Below are positions 32,903 through 41,638 of a stretch of DNA of 58,441 nucleotides, piece by piece. The DNA is taken from NCBI GenBank assembly GCA_964576835.1, contig CAZNXK010000005.1:1-58441 (forward strand), written 5' to 3'. The notes beneath the pieces were generated by a model. The model was not told the origin of the DNA and searched no databases. It saw only the letters and a list, made by a program, of their open reading frames with translations. The position numbers and the translations under genes are program-made. The stretch comes from an uncultured Treponemataceae bacterium (lineage in GTDB: Bacteria > Spirochaetota > Spirochaetia > Treponematales > UBA12059). Positions within the stretch are counted from its first letter, which is position 1. Every line of letters begins with the position of its first letter.

Positions 32903-32934
32903 ATAGAAACAAGGACCGCCAGGGGGCGGTCCTT
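32903..32934 (-). terminator. intrinsic terminator-like hairpin after tRNA-Tyr
   Basis: Minus strand reads AAGGACCGCC-CCCT-GGCGGTCCTT (perfect 10 bp) followed by GTTTCTAT. It starts 6 nt after the tRNA 3' end. Confidence 0.6.
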
Positions 32935-32940
32935 GAAGGA

Positions 32941-33023
32941 TGGAGAGAGAAGGATTTGAACCTTCGAAGGCGTAAGCCAACAGATTTACAGTCTGCCCCC
33001 TTTGACCACTCGGGAATCTCTCC
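32941..33023 (-). tRNA. tRNA-Tyr (GUA), long variable arm
   Basis: Reverse complement GGAGAGATTCCCGAGTGGTCAAAGGGGGCAGACTGTAAATCTG...GAAGGTTCAAATCCTTCTCTCTCCA closely resembles E. coli tRNA-Tyr. No encoded CCA. Confidence 0.92.
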
Positions 33024-33056
33024 GTTGATGAATCCGATCGCCACCGAACCGTCTTG

Positions 33057-33129
33057 AGCCATCTCCCGGAATCGAACCGGGGACCTCGAGATTACAAGTC
33101 ACGCGCTCTGCCAACTGAGCTAAGATGGC
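33057..33129 (-). tRNA. tRNA-Thr (UGU)
   Basis: Reverse complement GCCATCTTAGCTCAGTTGGCAGAGCGCGTGACTTGTAATCTCGAGGTCCCCGGTTCGATTCCGGGAGATGGCT forms a cloverleaf with anticodon TGT. Confidence 0.92.
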
Positions 33130-33143
33130 GTGGAACGAGGAGC

Positions 33144-33173
33144 ACTATATCGAAACGCTCCCAACGAGTCAAG
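33144..33173 (-). promoter_or_regulatory. near-consensus sigma70 promoter of the tRNA-Thr/tRNA-Tyr unit
   Basis: Minus strand reads TTGACT-17 nt-TATAGT. The -10 ends 14 nt before the tRNA-Thr 5' end. Confidence 0.6.
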
Positions 33174-33186
33174 CGCGACGAGTCAC

Positions 33187-35256
33187 TCAACGCAGAGGCG
33201 CGAAATACCCTGTCTCATCCTTGCCCGACCTGTCGCGGAGGTATACCTCTACACCGAATGGGAGATAGGCCCGTCCGAAGTAGTCGTCTGCCGAAGCCCG
33301 GTACGACAGGCGATAGGTACCGGTATTTGCCTTCCGTATCCGCTCTGCCATCACGCCCAGCCCCTCGGCCCTGTCGGCACGGTACAGCGATCCGCCCGTC
33401 CGTTCGACAAGGTAGGTCAGCGCTTCGGACACCGTTCCCCTGCCGAGGATCACCGCGTATAGCGGTATGCCGTTGTTCAGCAACAGTGACGACAATTCCG
33501 CGATGGATGCGCCATCAAGGTAGTTTTCATTGACCGAGCCAGATCCGACGTAGACCAGTGCCCTGCGTCCTGAAGCCTCGAACAGCGACCCCGCAGCCAG
33601 CCTGAGTCCAAAGTCGAATCGCCACATGATCGAACTTTCCGCGCCGAGTATGGCATCGCTCAAGGCCCTGATGCCTCCTCCGACCATGGGCTGGGCGGTC
33701 CTCCCTGCGACCGTCAGCCGTGCCGAGGCCTCGCTTCCAAGGGATTCGTAGACGGAGGCCACGGCGTCACGCGCATCGAGCCTGAGCGCCGCCGTTTCCG
33801 GTGACGCTTCGAACAGGAAAGCCATGTCGATTCTGGAGGATCGGTCCAGGCTCCCCTCGAAGGCAAAGCCGGCGGCTGGATTTATCGAGGCGGCGAGGTA
33901 CTCGACCGGAATGTCGCCTTCGACCCGGGGTTCCTTGCGGATGACGTTTTCAGACAGGTAGAAGTTGCTTGGGCCGAGACCGGTTACCGGCTTGCCATGC
34001 CTGTCCTTGACGGTAATGTCAAGCTGCACGAGCGGAAACGAGTCCGAGTACACGCGGCCGACCTCCACGGACAAGCCTGCGAAGCGCGACGCCGGGTCGG
34101 ACAGGTAGGCAAGTTCCGATGCGTCGAAGTCGGCCACGATGAGTTCTCCGTTCGCGTCCAGGGCAGCTGAGACGATCCTGGCCTTTTTCCGCTCGGAGCG
34201 GTACAGTTCGGCGGCTGCTCCGCTCTCGGGGTCGATGAGCAGAACCCTTGATCCATCGGCAAGCAGGAGCTTGCCCTCCGGAGTCGACCGTAGCCCTTCC
34301 GGGCGTTCGAGCTTCGCCGTCGGGACGCCGCCGACATGATTGCCGTAGCGGTCGAACATGAAGATGGCTTTCAGCACTGCGTCGGCGACGTATACCCGGT
34401 CGCCGATGACGGCGATGCCTGTCGGCAGCCGCAGCCCGTCGAAGCCAGCCACCCGTCCACCGAACGACAGGACCATCGCTCCGTCCCTCGAGAATTTCAC
34501 GACCCTCGAGAAACCGACATCTCCGGCATACACGAAACTGTCGCTGTCAGCCGCCAGGTATTGCGGACCAGACAGCCGCCCGGGGCCAGTCTTGTCGCCC
34601 GAATAGCCGAGCACGCGCCCATCGGGAGACAGGCGTGCCAGCCTGTCCGCCTGGAACTCGCTTACGAACATCGTCCCGTCATCCAGAACGACAACGGCGA
34701 AAGGCCGGTCGAAGCCGGAAGATCCGGCATTTATAGTCCTCTGGATTCTTGCGTTGGCGTCGACCACCAGCAACGTATCCGTGCCATGGGAAACGACGAT
34801 CGAACTTCCGTCCGGCAATGGTTCTATCCACGACGGACGTTTGAAAAGGTCTACACTTCCTTTTTTCCCGGTCAGTTCCGAGACACGCACATAGCGCTCC
34901 GGTTCTGCCTGTCCCAGTGGATCCGCCAAGGCGCCCGCAAGTTCGAGTCTGCTTTCGAGGAAGGGCGAAGAGCCCGCCGCCGCAATCGCGTCGTTCCAAC
35001 GAGCGAAAGCCGTACCTGACAGCCCGAGCCTGTAGTACGATTTCCCGAGCCAATAAAGGCAAAGCGGATCGTTGGGCGATTCAGAAAGCGAGCGCTCGAA
35101 TTGCGCCAGCGATTCGGCGTAGCGACCCCTTCCATAGGCTTCGATAGCGGTGCGGAAGGATTCAGCGCCTAACGGAGTTTGTATCTTATAGATGAATTGA
35201 GCACTGGCCGTCTCGACGACGACTAGAAGCACCATGGCGCCGAACAGTTTTTTCAT
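33187..35256 (-). CDS. secreted TPR + NHL-repeat beta-propeller protein with vWA-like C-terminal domain
   Basis: Signal peptide MKKLFGAMVLLVVVETASAQ. TPR-like N-terminal region. Repeats of the type FDRPFAVVVLDDGTMFVSE, LRLPTGIAVIGDRVYVAD. The C-terminal region resembles vWA (ALVYVGSGS...). Confidence 0.75.
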   Translation of the reverse strand: MKKLFGAMVLLVVVETASAQFIYKIQTPLGAESFRTAIEAYGRGRYAESLAQFERSLSESPNDPLCLYWLGKSYYRLGLSGTAFARWNDAIAAAGSSPFLESRLELAGALADPLGQAEPERYVRVSELTGKKGSVDLFKRPSWIEPLPDGSSIVVSHGTDTLLVVDANARIQRTINAGSSGFDRPFAVVVLDDGTMFVSEFQADRLARLSPDGRVLGYSGDKTGPGRLSGPQYLAADSDSFVYAGDVGFSRVVKFSRDGAMVLSFGGRVAGFDGLRLPTGIAVIGDRVYVADAVLKAIFMFDRYGNHVGGVPTAKLERPEGLRSTPEGKLLLADGSRVLLIDPESGAAAELYRSERKKARIVSAALDANGELIVADFDASELAYLSDPASRFAGLSVEVGRVYSDSFPLVQLDITVKDRHGKPVTGLGPSNFYLSENVIRKEPRVEGDIPVEYLAASINPAAGFAFEGSLDRSSRIDMAFLFEASPETAALRLDARDAVASVYESLGSEASARLTVAGRTAQPMVGGGIRALSDAILGAESSIMWRFDFGLRLAAGSLFEASGRRALVYVGSGSVNENYLDGASIAELSSLLLNNGIPLYAVILGRGTVSEALTYLVERTGGSLYRADRAEGLGVMAERIRKANTGTYRLSYRASADDYFGRAYLPFGVEVYLRDRSGKDETGYFAPLR

Positions 35257-35951
35257 GGCTGATTCAGCGCTTTCTCGTAGGCAGCCACATGCTCTATCGA
35301 CTCGTCAGAGTCGCCGAGCAGCTCGGAGGCGGCATGCAGGTATCGTCCGGCCTCGCCCATGCGGCCGAGCTTGAAGTATACCCACCCGATGGAATCAGCG
35401 TAGGCAGGGTTTCCGGGGTCGTCGTCAAGCGCTTTGCGGCAACATGCAAGGGCTTTATCCAGATCCCGCCCGGAGCACGCAAGGACGTATCCATAGCCGT
35501 TGAGCGCGGTGGGGTTTTCCGGGTCGAGCGCAAGCGACTTTTCGTACCAGGCCAAGCTATCGGTCACCCTGCCCTGCTTCCAGTTGGCATGCCCCAGGGC
35601 AGCGCAAACCTGCGATGTCTCTGGAGATGCCTCGACCATTTTCTTCAGTTCGTATTCAGCCAGTTTCGATCGGCCGGTAGCCGAGTAGACGACCGCGAGC
35701 GCCATGCGGCACTGAAAAATCCTGGCTTCATCGAGTCCCTGGGTTACGACCTGCTCTAGGTAGAGCAGTGCCTCGTCGAAGCGTTCCAGGCGGGCATAGC
35801 ACAACCCGAGAAGATATGCGAGGTCCAGGTATTCGCCCTCGCCAACGGCAGCATGCACCAGGATGTCAAGAGCAGCGGCATAATCACCGGCCGCATAGCG
35901 CTCTGTGGCATGGGCAATCGCTGTCGATCCTTTCGATCCCGCACTTTTCAA
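35253..35951 (-). CDS. TPR repeat protein
   Basis: Multiple TPR units (ALACCRKALDDDPGNPAYADSIGWVYFKLGRMGEA). Probable TTG start at 35951 overlapping the surE TGA (TTGA). The track's ATG 36011 would overlap surE by 64 nt. Confidence 0.75.
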   Translation of the reverse strand: MKSAGSKGSTAIAHATERYAAGDYAAALDILVHAAVGEGEYLDLAYLLGLCYARLERFDEALLYLEQVVTQGLDEARIFQCRMALAVVYSATGRSKLAEYELKKMVEASPETSQVCAALGHANWKQGRVTDSLAWYEKSLALDPENPTALNGYGYVLACSGRDLDKALACCRKALDDDPGNPAYADSIGWVYFKLGRMGEAGRYLHAASELLGDSDESIEHVAAYEKALNQP

Positions 35952-36706
35952 GTGTCTGCCCTCGCTGCGCCAGGCAATTCGATTGCGGAAACCTGCGCGC
36001 CCGCAGCGCACGGATAGGTAAGCACGCGCGTGACGGATGCGAAGCCCCTTGTCACGATATCCTCGTCACTGCCTGCCTCCTGGTGCGTATCGACATGGCC
36101 GTCCATGAAGAAACAGTACGAATAACCGTCGGGACCATCGAAAAACTTGAGAGTATCCCGGTAGACTCTCCGACTGGGAAAGGCATCCAGGATTTCGTAG
36201 ACGGTATCGTCTGGAGCATCGGGAGCGTTGATGTTTATGAAGACATCTGGATCCCACAGCGAAAGGAACCAGTCAAGACGGTCCACCACGAGCCTTGCGA
36301 GTGCTGTATACCTGAAAGGAGCCGTGTAGGTGGCCAGCGAAACGGCGATTCCGGGAATGCCGTTCAGTGACGCCTGCCGCGCTGCGGCTGCCGTTCCCGA
36401 GTATATCAGGTCAGTACCGAGGTTGGGCCCCCGATTGATGCCAGAAATGACGATGTCGGGCTTGAACGGTATGACACCGTGAGCCGCAAGTATGACGCAA
36501 TCAGCTGGAGAGCCCGAGCAGGCATAGAGACGTTCGGAGATTTTTTGCAGCTTGAGCGGGTGCCTGAGGGACATGGAATGGCTCATTCCCGAGCGTTCGG
36601 AGTCTGGAGCCAGAGTCCATACCTCATGCGCGACAGACAGTTCCCGTTCCAGGGCTTTGATGCCCTCGCTCGAGTATCCATCGTCGTTCGTCAGCAGAAT
36701 TCTCAT
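35948..36706 (-). CDS. surE: 5'/3'-nucleotidase SurE
   Basis: MRILLTNDDGYSSEGIKAL N-terminus and GINRGPNLG motif. Confidence 0.92.
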   Translation of the reverse strand: MRILLTNDDGYSSEGIKALERELSVAHEVWTLAPDSERSGMSHSMSLRHPLKLQKISERLYACSGSPADCVILAAHGVIPFKPDIVISGINRGPNLGTDLIYSGTAAAARQASLNGIPGIAVSLATYTAPFRYTALARLVVDRLDWFLSLWDPDVFININAPDAPDDTVYEILDAFPSRRVYRDTLKFFDGPDGYSYCFFMDGHVDTHQEAGSDEDIVTRGFASVTRVLTYPCAAGAQVSAIELPGAARADT

Positions 36707-36736
36707 CGACGCTCCTGGCGCGCTTCGTCGTCGGCG

Positions 36737-37897
36737 CTATTCGGGGATCATACCAGCGCCGACTGAAATTTCCAAGGCGTTCGGCTTGAATCCGAAGATT
36801 CGCTCGTATTCCTCGAGGCGCGACCGATAGTCTGCCATCGCCGATTCTTCCATGAATGTCAGCGTGCAGCCGCCAAAGCCCTTGCCTATCATGCGGCTGG
36901 CAAGAACGCCGGGAATTTCCATGGCGCGCTTGACGAGCCAGTCGATTTCGGGGCAAGAAATTTCGTAATTGTTGCGGAGTCCGGACTGGCTCTTGTTGAG
37001 CGCCTTGGCAAAAGACCCTGGGTCGTTATGGACGATGGCGTCCCTGGCCTCCAGCACGCGCTGCACCTCCTCTACGAAGAAGGCGCAATGCCTCCTGACC
37101 CGCTCCGGCATGATGCCCATGTACTCGTCGAGCTCTTCTATGCCGAAATCACGCAGGGACCGCGTGCCCGATCCGTTCATCAGTTCGAGTCCGGCCATGC
37201 AGTCATTCGAACGCTGGCGAAGTTCGCTGTCCAACGGAGGACGGGGAACCCGCGAATCGGTCAAGAGGAGCCGCTTCGCGCCGAAGATGGACGGCAAGGA
37301 TTCTGATGTTCCACGCAGTGCGTCGACGAATGCCAGTTCGCCGTCCACCGAGGCGAGCGTGGCGATGAAGTCGGCAACACGGGTGTGACGCTCGAAGTAG
37401 GATCGATCGGTGTCGACGATGGCTTGCGCCAGGTCCGCGGGTTTCGGATCGAAACCCGCGGCGAGCGCAGCCGCCTTGGCCGCAGCGCACTGCAGCGCGG
37501 TAGCCGAACCCAGTCCCAGGCCTTGCGGAACGTCGCCTGAAATCGTGACGTTGTATCCCTTGGATCCCGAGGGATCTCCCAAATACGACGTCATTGCGGC
37601 CTTGACGAAATTTGCCCAACGATCCTCACGCTTGAATTTGAGGTTTGAAAGGTTCGTACGCTTGCGCTCGTTCAGGTCGGCGGCAAAAAAACGTATCGAC
37701 GAATCCCGCCTGCCGGATATGGCGACCGACACTCTCCGGTCGAGCGGAAAGGCTATCATGAGGCCATCAGCATCGGTCGTATGCTCGCCTATGAGACGGA
37801 TGCAGCCAGGCGCGGAGACGACCACATCGGGCGGCGTTTCGTATTCCAGGCGGTGCAGCTGAGTTATAGTCATGATTTCGACGGTCTCTGGCTTCAT
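36737..37897 (-). CDS. GHMP-family sugar kinase, galactokinase-like
   Basis: Galactokinase-like APGCIRLIGEHTTDADG and GHMP motif GDVPQGLGLGSATAL. Substrate not assignable from sequence. Confidence 0.8.
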   Translation of the reverse strand: MKPETVEIMTITQLHRLEYETPPDVVVSAPGCIRLIGEHTTDADGLMIAFPLDRRVSVAISGRRDSSIRFFAADLNERKRTNLSNLKFKREDRWANFVKAAMTSYLGDPSGSKGYNVTISGDVPQGLGLGSATALQCAAAKAAALAAGFDPKPADLAQAIVDTDRSYFERHTRVADFIATLASVDGELAFVDALRGTSESLPSIFGAKRLLLTDSRVPRPPLDSELRQRSNDCMAGLELMNGSGTRSLRDFGIEELDEYMGIMPERVRRHCAFFVEEVQRVLEARDAIVHNDPGSFAKALNKSQSGLRNNYEISCPEIDWLVKRAMEIPGVLASRMIGKGFGGCTLTFMEESAMADYRSRLEEYERIFGFKPNALEISVGAGMIPE

Positions 37898-37908
37898 ATA
37901 ATGCGGCT

Positions 37909-37937
37909 ATCATACTTCATAAGAGCGGAGCCATCAA
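37909..37937 (-). promoter_or_regulatory. sigma70-type promoter for the GHMP kinase gene, very short leader
   Basis: Minus strand reads TTGATG-17 nt-TATGAT, then 11 nt to ATG 37897. No SD. Confidence 0.45.
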
Positions 37938-37997
37938 TAAAAAACGCGAAGTTAACGGGTTTTTCAGCCGCTGTCTGCCCGGCGCGGAGTTCTCGTT

Positions 37998-38026
37998 TTG
38001 ACAAGCGGCCGGCTACGGTATACTAT
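37998..38026 (+). promoter_or_regulatory. near-consensus sigma70 promoter giving a leaderless lipoprotein mRNA
   Basis: TTGACA (37998-38003)-17 nt-TACTAT (38021-38026), then only 6 nt (agcggc) before ATG 38033. No SD. Confidence 0.55.
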
Positions 38027-38032
38027 AGCGGC

Positions 38033-38623
38033 ATGAAACAACTGCATCGAAGTCCTTGTGCCATGGGTCTGGCAGCGCTTCTCGCGCTCGCCGCGCTTGT
38101 TTCGTGCACGAGTCCACCACCCACCGCGCCCGAGCCGGATTGGCCAGCGGACGGGACCTCGACCGCGACGGCAGGGATTTCTGCGACAGAATCCGGGCAA
38201 GGGGTGTCTTCCGCCGTCTTCGACCCGGCGTCTGTCAGCGTCGAACTCAAGCAGACGACGTTCTTCGATGTCAGGGCGCTCATATCGGGCCTCAACTCGA
38301 TAATCCAGGCCAAGGATTTCGAATCGTGGTCATCGGCCCTGACCCAGGATTACCTTTCCCACTACTCGGCGGCAGAGACTCTCGCGAGCATCTCCGCCGC
38401 CCCGGTGCTGAAACGCCAGGGGATAGTGCTGCGATCGATCCAGGATTACTTCATCCATGTTGTCTACCCCTCCAGGCAGAACGACAGGGTCGACGACATC
38501 GAATTCATCGACGCGACGCATATACGTGCCATTACCATCAATGCTAAAGGCGAGCGTCTGGTACTTTACAACCTTGAGAAAATCGGCGATACATGGAAGA
38601 TCGCCATCTGGAGGCAATCATGA
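38033..38623 (+). CDS. hypothetical lipoprotein
   Basis: MKQLHRSPCAMGLAALLALAALVSC|T lipobox, Pro/Thr-rich linker, then a ~130-aa globular domain. The longer track ORF has no support. Confidence 0.7.
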   Translation: MKQLHRSPCAMGLAALLALAALVSCTSPPPTAPEPDWPADGTSTATAGISATESGQGVSSAVFDPASVSVELKQTTFFDVRALISGLNSIIQAKDFESWSSALTQDYLSHYSAAETLASISAAPVLKRQGIVLRSIQDYFIHVVYPSRQNDRVDDIEFIDATHIRAITINAKGERLVLYNLEKIGDTWKIAIWRQS

Positions 38624-39345
38624 AACGCAGCATAATCGTTCTAATCATCCTGGCAGTCCTCGCATCGTCAACCGCATGGAGCCAGACGAGCAGTGGCACT
38701 GAGCGGACGGTTGAGGAGTCCTACCTGCAGGATCCCCTCGAAACCATGATCATCCGCGAACAGGCCTACTCCGACAGCAAGGACATGAAACTTGTCGCGC
38801 TCCAGTACATCAGGCAATCGATAGACAACGGGCGCGTCAGCCCGGATGTCCGCAAGGCCCTCGAGTACCTGGCTCTGGAAAGCACGATGACCATCGTACG
38901 TTCCGGCGGTGTCGGCCGCACAATCAACAACTATCCCGATGTCAGGCGCGAAGCCTGCCTCCTGCTCGGTGAATTCAAGACCGTCGAGTCAAAAGACGCC
39001 CTGCTCAAGGTAGCGCTGGCGGACAACGAGCCAATGGTGATAGCCGCCGCTATCCGGTCCATCGGCAAGATAGGCATCATGACGGGCGATGACGTGACCG
39101 AGTCCATAGCATATATCGTCAACCGCTTCGACATCCTGATGCCGGACAACAGCCTCGCGTTTGAATGCATAGTAGCTCTGGAAGGCCTGGCCGATGCCAA
39201 CAACGGCCTCAAGGATCCTGCCGCCATCAAGGCCATACTCCGCATAGCCGATGGAAACTACATCACTCCGGTCAGGCAAAAGGCCAAGGAGCTGCTCCTC
39301 AAGTTGAGGAAGTACTCCGCGGCAAGTTCGGGCAGCGGCAAGTAA
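38620..39345 (+). CDS. secreted HEAT/armadillo-like repeat protein
   Basis: Signal peptide MKRSIIVLIILAVLASSTAWSQ. HEAT-like units (DVRREACLLLGEF..., EPMVIAAAIRSIGKIG). ATGA overlap with the upstream lipoprotein; GGAGG upstream. Confidence 0.75.
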   Translation: MKRSIIVLIILAVLASSTAWSQTSSGTERTVEESYLQDPLETMIIREQAYSDSKDMKLVALQYIRQSIDNGRVSPDVRKALEYLALESTMTIVRSGGVGRTINNYPDVRREACLLLGEFKTVESKDALLKVALADNEPMVIAAAIRSIGKIGIMTGDDVTESIAYIVNRFDILMPDNSLAFECIVALEGLADANNGLKDPAAIKAILRIADGNYITPVRQKAKELLLKLRKYSAASSGSGK

Positions 39346-39367
39346 TCTCCCCGCACTGTGTTTGAAA

Positions 39368-39401
39368 CCCGGTTCCCTTCAAGGAAGGAGCCGGGGTTTT
39401 T
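39368..39401 (+). terminator. intrinsic terminator after the HEAT gene
   Basis: CCCGGTTCC-10 nt loop-GGAGCCGGG (9 bp including one G-U) followed by TTTTTATT. Confidence 0.6.
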
Positions 39402-39415
39402 ATTGGATCTACAAC

Positions 39416-39619
39416 ATGATATCCAGTATACTTGTACTGTCCATGGCTCTTGGCAGCCATGGCAAGGGGGATAGCATGGTCGAGGAAATCAGCACCGTCA
39501 TTCCGCCCGCGACGCCAGAACCCGCAATACCGGCAGAGCGCGCCCCGGAGCCTGAAAAAGAGCCTGAGACTGCTCCCGTCGACGACGATTCCGGCAAGAT
39601 GCTCGACTTGTACGTTTAA
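39416..39619 (+). CDS. possible small membrane-anchored Pro/Glu-rich protein (67 aa)
   Basis: Hydrophobic N-terminus MISSILVLSMALG then a P/E-rich tail. Lies after a terminator with no clear promoter or SD. An alternative ATG at ~39476 has AAGGGGGA upstream. Confidence 0.3.
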   Translation: MISSILVLSMALGSHGKGDSMVEEISTVIPPATPEPAIPAERAPEPEKEPETAPVDDDSGKMLDLYV

Positions 39620-39628
39620 GCATACGTT

Positions 39629-40528
39629 TCAACTCCTGAGTCGAACCCATAGCAGCTTTTCATCACTGAAATGCGGTTCGATGCGGCCATGGTCAGAAAG
39701 GTATGAAATAGTAGACCTGACGGTGCTGCCTACCAGCACGTATTGATTCATGTCCAGGGCAATTCCGCACGTCGAGCAGACTCCGGCAAGAATTTCCTCG
39801 AACGAAGAGGGCTCGGCACAGAGGCTTTCAACTAGGGATACTGTTTCTTCTACCCTCCGCAGATTAAGCTCGACAAGTTTTCCGATGTCGGAATCCGGCG
39901 CGGCGTGGCTGGGCACGAACCAGGCGCTGTGCATGCCTTTCAGCCGATGCAGGGTCTCGATGTGTTTCTCGACGTCATACATGAAAAACACAGGGTATTT
40001 GTCGATGATCGCTTCGGAGAAAACGCTGTCGGCTATGAACAGCACGTCATCGGGGGTTCTGACGCCCATCATGCCGAGAAAATGTCCGGGCAGTGGCAAG
40101 GCCTCCAGCGGAGTGTCCAGTATCCGTCCCTCGTCAGGGATCACATCGGTGACCACCGAGGGCTTGGCCATCAGGAACTTGTTGCGGAGAGCCTTCATCG
40201 GCCAGGCGCCGTACAGCAATGAGGGCTCGAGCCAGGGATTGCCGATGTAAGCAGCCTCGACGGCTGTAGCCGCTATCCGGCAAGCGGTTCTCTTCTGCAG
40301 GAAGGCGTTGCCCCCGACATGGTCCGCGTTCGAGTGAGTACAGACTATCAGCTCCAGCGTCAGGCCCTGTTCGCCGAGCAGCCTGAGAATTTGCCTCCCC
40401 GCATCCTCGTCATTGCCCGCATCGACAAGCGTCGCCCTGTCGCCCGATACCCATACGCCTATATTCGCCGGCGACGGGATCATATAGGTGTTTCCAGCGA
40501 CCTGCTTCATAGTCAGCGCAGCCATCAA
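39629..40528 (-). CDS. MBL-fold metallo-hydrolase
   Basis: THSNADHVGGN (HxHxDH-type) motif. AAGGAGG precedes ATG 40528. Confidence 0.85.
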   Translation of the reverse strand: MMAALTMKQVAGNTYMIPSPANIGVWVSGDRATLVDAGNDEDAGRQILRLLGEQGLTLELIVCTHSNADHVGGNAFLQKRTACRIAATAVEAAYIGNPWLEPSLLYGAWPMKALRNKFLMAKPSVVTDVIPDEGRILDTPLEALPLPGHFLGMMGVRTPDDVLFIADSVFSEAIIDKYPVFFMYDVEKHIETLHRLKGMHSAWFVPSHAAPDSDIGKLVELNLRRVEETVSLVESLCAEPSSFEEILAGVCSTCGIALDMNQYVLVGSTVRSTISYLSDHGRIEPHFSDEKLLWVRLRS

Positions 40529-40705
40529 GCCTCCTTCGGGACACTCCAGAAAGTCCGATATCCAGATTCCGTCTTATGCTGCAGAATCTATATGGCTTTA
40601 AAAACGACTGGGCAAGGCGAGCGTCAAAGAAGTTAAAAAAACCGCCCACGGCGTCATGCCACGGACAGTCTCCACGATAATCGATGACAGGCTGCTAAAC
40701 AACAA

Positions 40706-40779
<74 letters not shown>

Positions 40780-40791
40780 GACAGGCCTAGT

Positions 40792-40819
40792 AGTATGCTG
40801 GAATGGTCGCCGTTGTCAA
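40792..40819 (-). promoter_or_regulatory. candidate sigma70 promoter for tRNA-Arg
   Basis: Minus strand reads TTGACA-16 nt-CATACT. The -10 ends 12 nt before the tRNA 5' end. Confidence 0.4.
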
Positions 40820-40910
40820 CCTTTGGCCGGCTTAGGCAAGCTACCAGGGACAGGTCGTCTTCACATTGCATCCGCTGTCGTGTAGCATCCTTGCCATGAT
40901 GGAAGCGGTC

Positions 40911-41525
40911 ATGCAAACCAGGTCTTTGTTGCTAGCCAGCGCCTCGCCCCGGCGACGCGAGATGCTTGAACGGCTCGGCTTCGAGCTGGTCGTCGTCCCC
41001 GCGGGCATCGACGAAAGCGTCTGCGACGAGATGCCGATAGGAATGCGTGTCGCAAGGCTGGCCGAGCTCAAGGCGCGCGCTGGTTCTGCCGCTGCCGGCT
41101 TCCCTCCCTTGTGGGCGCTCGGTGCCGACACTCTCGTGTCGCTTGACGGCCTGGCGATGGGAAAGCCAGGCGACGTGGCCGAGGCCAGGGCCATGCTGGC
41201 CTCGCTTTCCGGCCGCACGCACCTGGTTACGACGGGCATTTGCGTCCTTGACAGGCGATCGGGCGAGGCGAGAGGCGTCGTTTCAGAGACCTCGGTCAGC
41301 TTTTCCAGACTGCGGGACGACGAAGTCGAGGCATACCTTGCAACGGGCGAGTGGCGTGGAGCCGCGGGCGCCTACCGGATTCAGGAGCATGCCTCGTTCT
41401 TCGTCGATTGGCTCCAAGGCTCGTTTTCCGGGGTCGTGGGCTTGCCACTGCACGAGTTTTATGCCATCCTGTCGTCGATTGGCTATCCGTTCCCGTTCGG
41501 GTTGGATCCAGTCTCGGCTTCGTGA
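40911..41525 (+). CDS. maf: Maf-family nucleoside triphosphate pyrophosphatase
   Basis: LLLASASPRRREMLERLGF N-terminus and GAYRIQE motif. Start uncertain (ATG 40896, 40899 or 40911). Confidence 0.88.
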   Translation: MQTRSLLLASASPRRREMLERLGFELVVVPAGIDESVCDEMPIGMRVARLAELKARAGSAAAGFPPLWALGADTLVSLDGLAMGKPGDVAEARAMLASLSGRTHLVTTGICVLDRRSGEARGVVSETSVSFSRLRDDEVEAYLATGEWRGAAGAYRIQEHASFFVDWLQGSFSGVVGLPLHEFYAILSSIGYPFPFGLDPVSAS

Positions 41526-41638
41526 TCACGCATCGCGGCGCCGAATCTTCCATCGCTTAAGGAGCGACTCCGGTTGCCCATACGATGAGAATAAGTGAAG
41601 GGGGCCCCCGTACAATGCGGAGGCCATTGGAGGAACAC

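Noticed and set aside
41526-41638. GGGGGCCCCC palindrome and TACAAT upstream of rpsB, considered as an rpsB leader or promoter.
   Set aside because: No acceptable -35 at 16-18 nt. The palindrome has no loop and cannot form a stable hairpin on its own. I cannot match it to the known S2 leader pseudoknot by eye.
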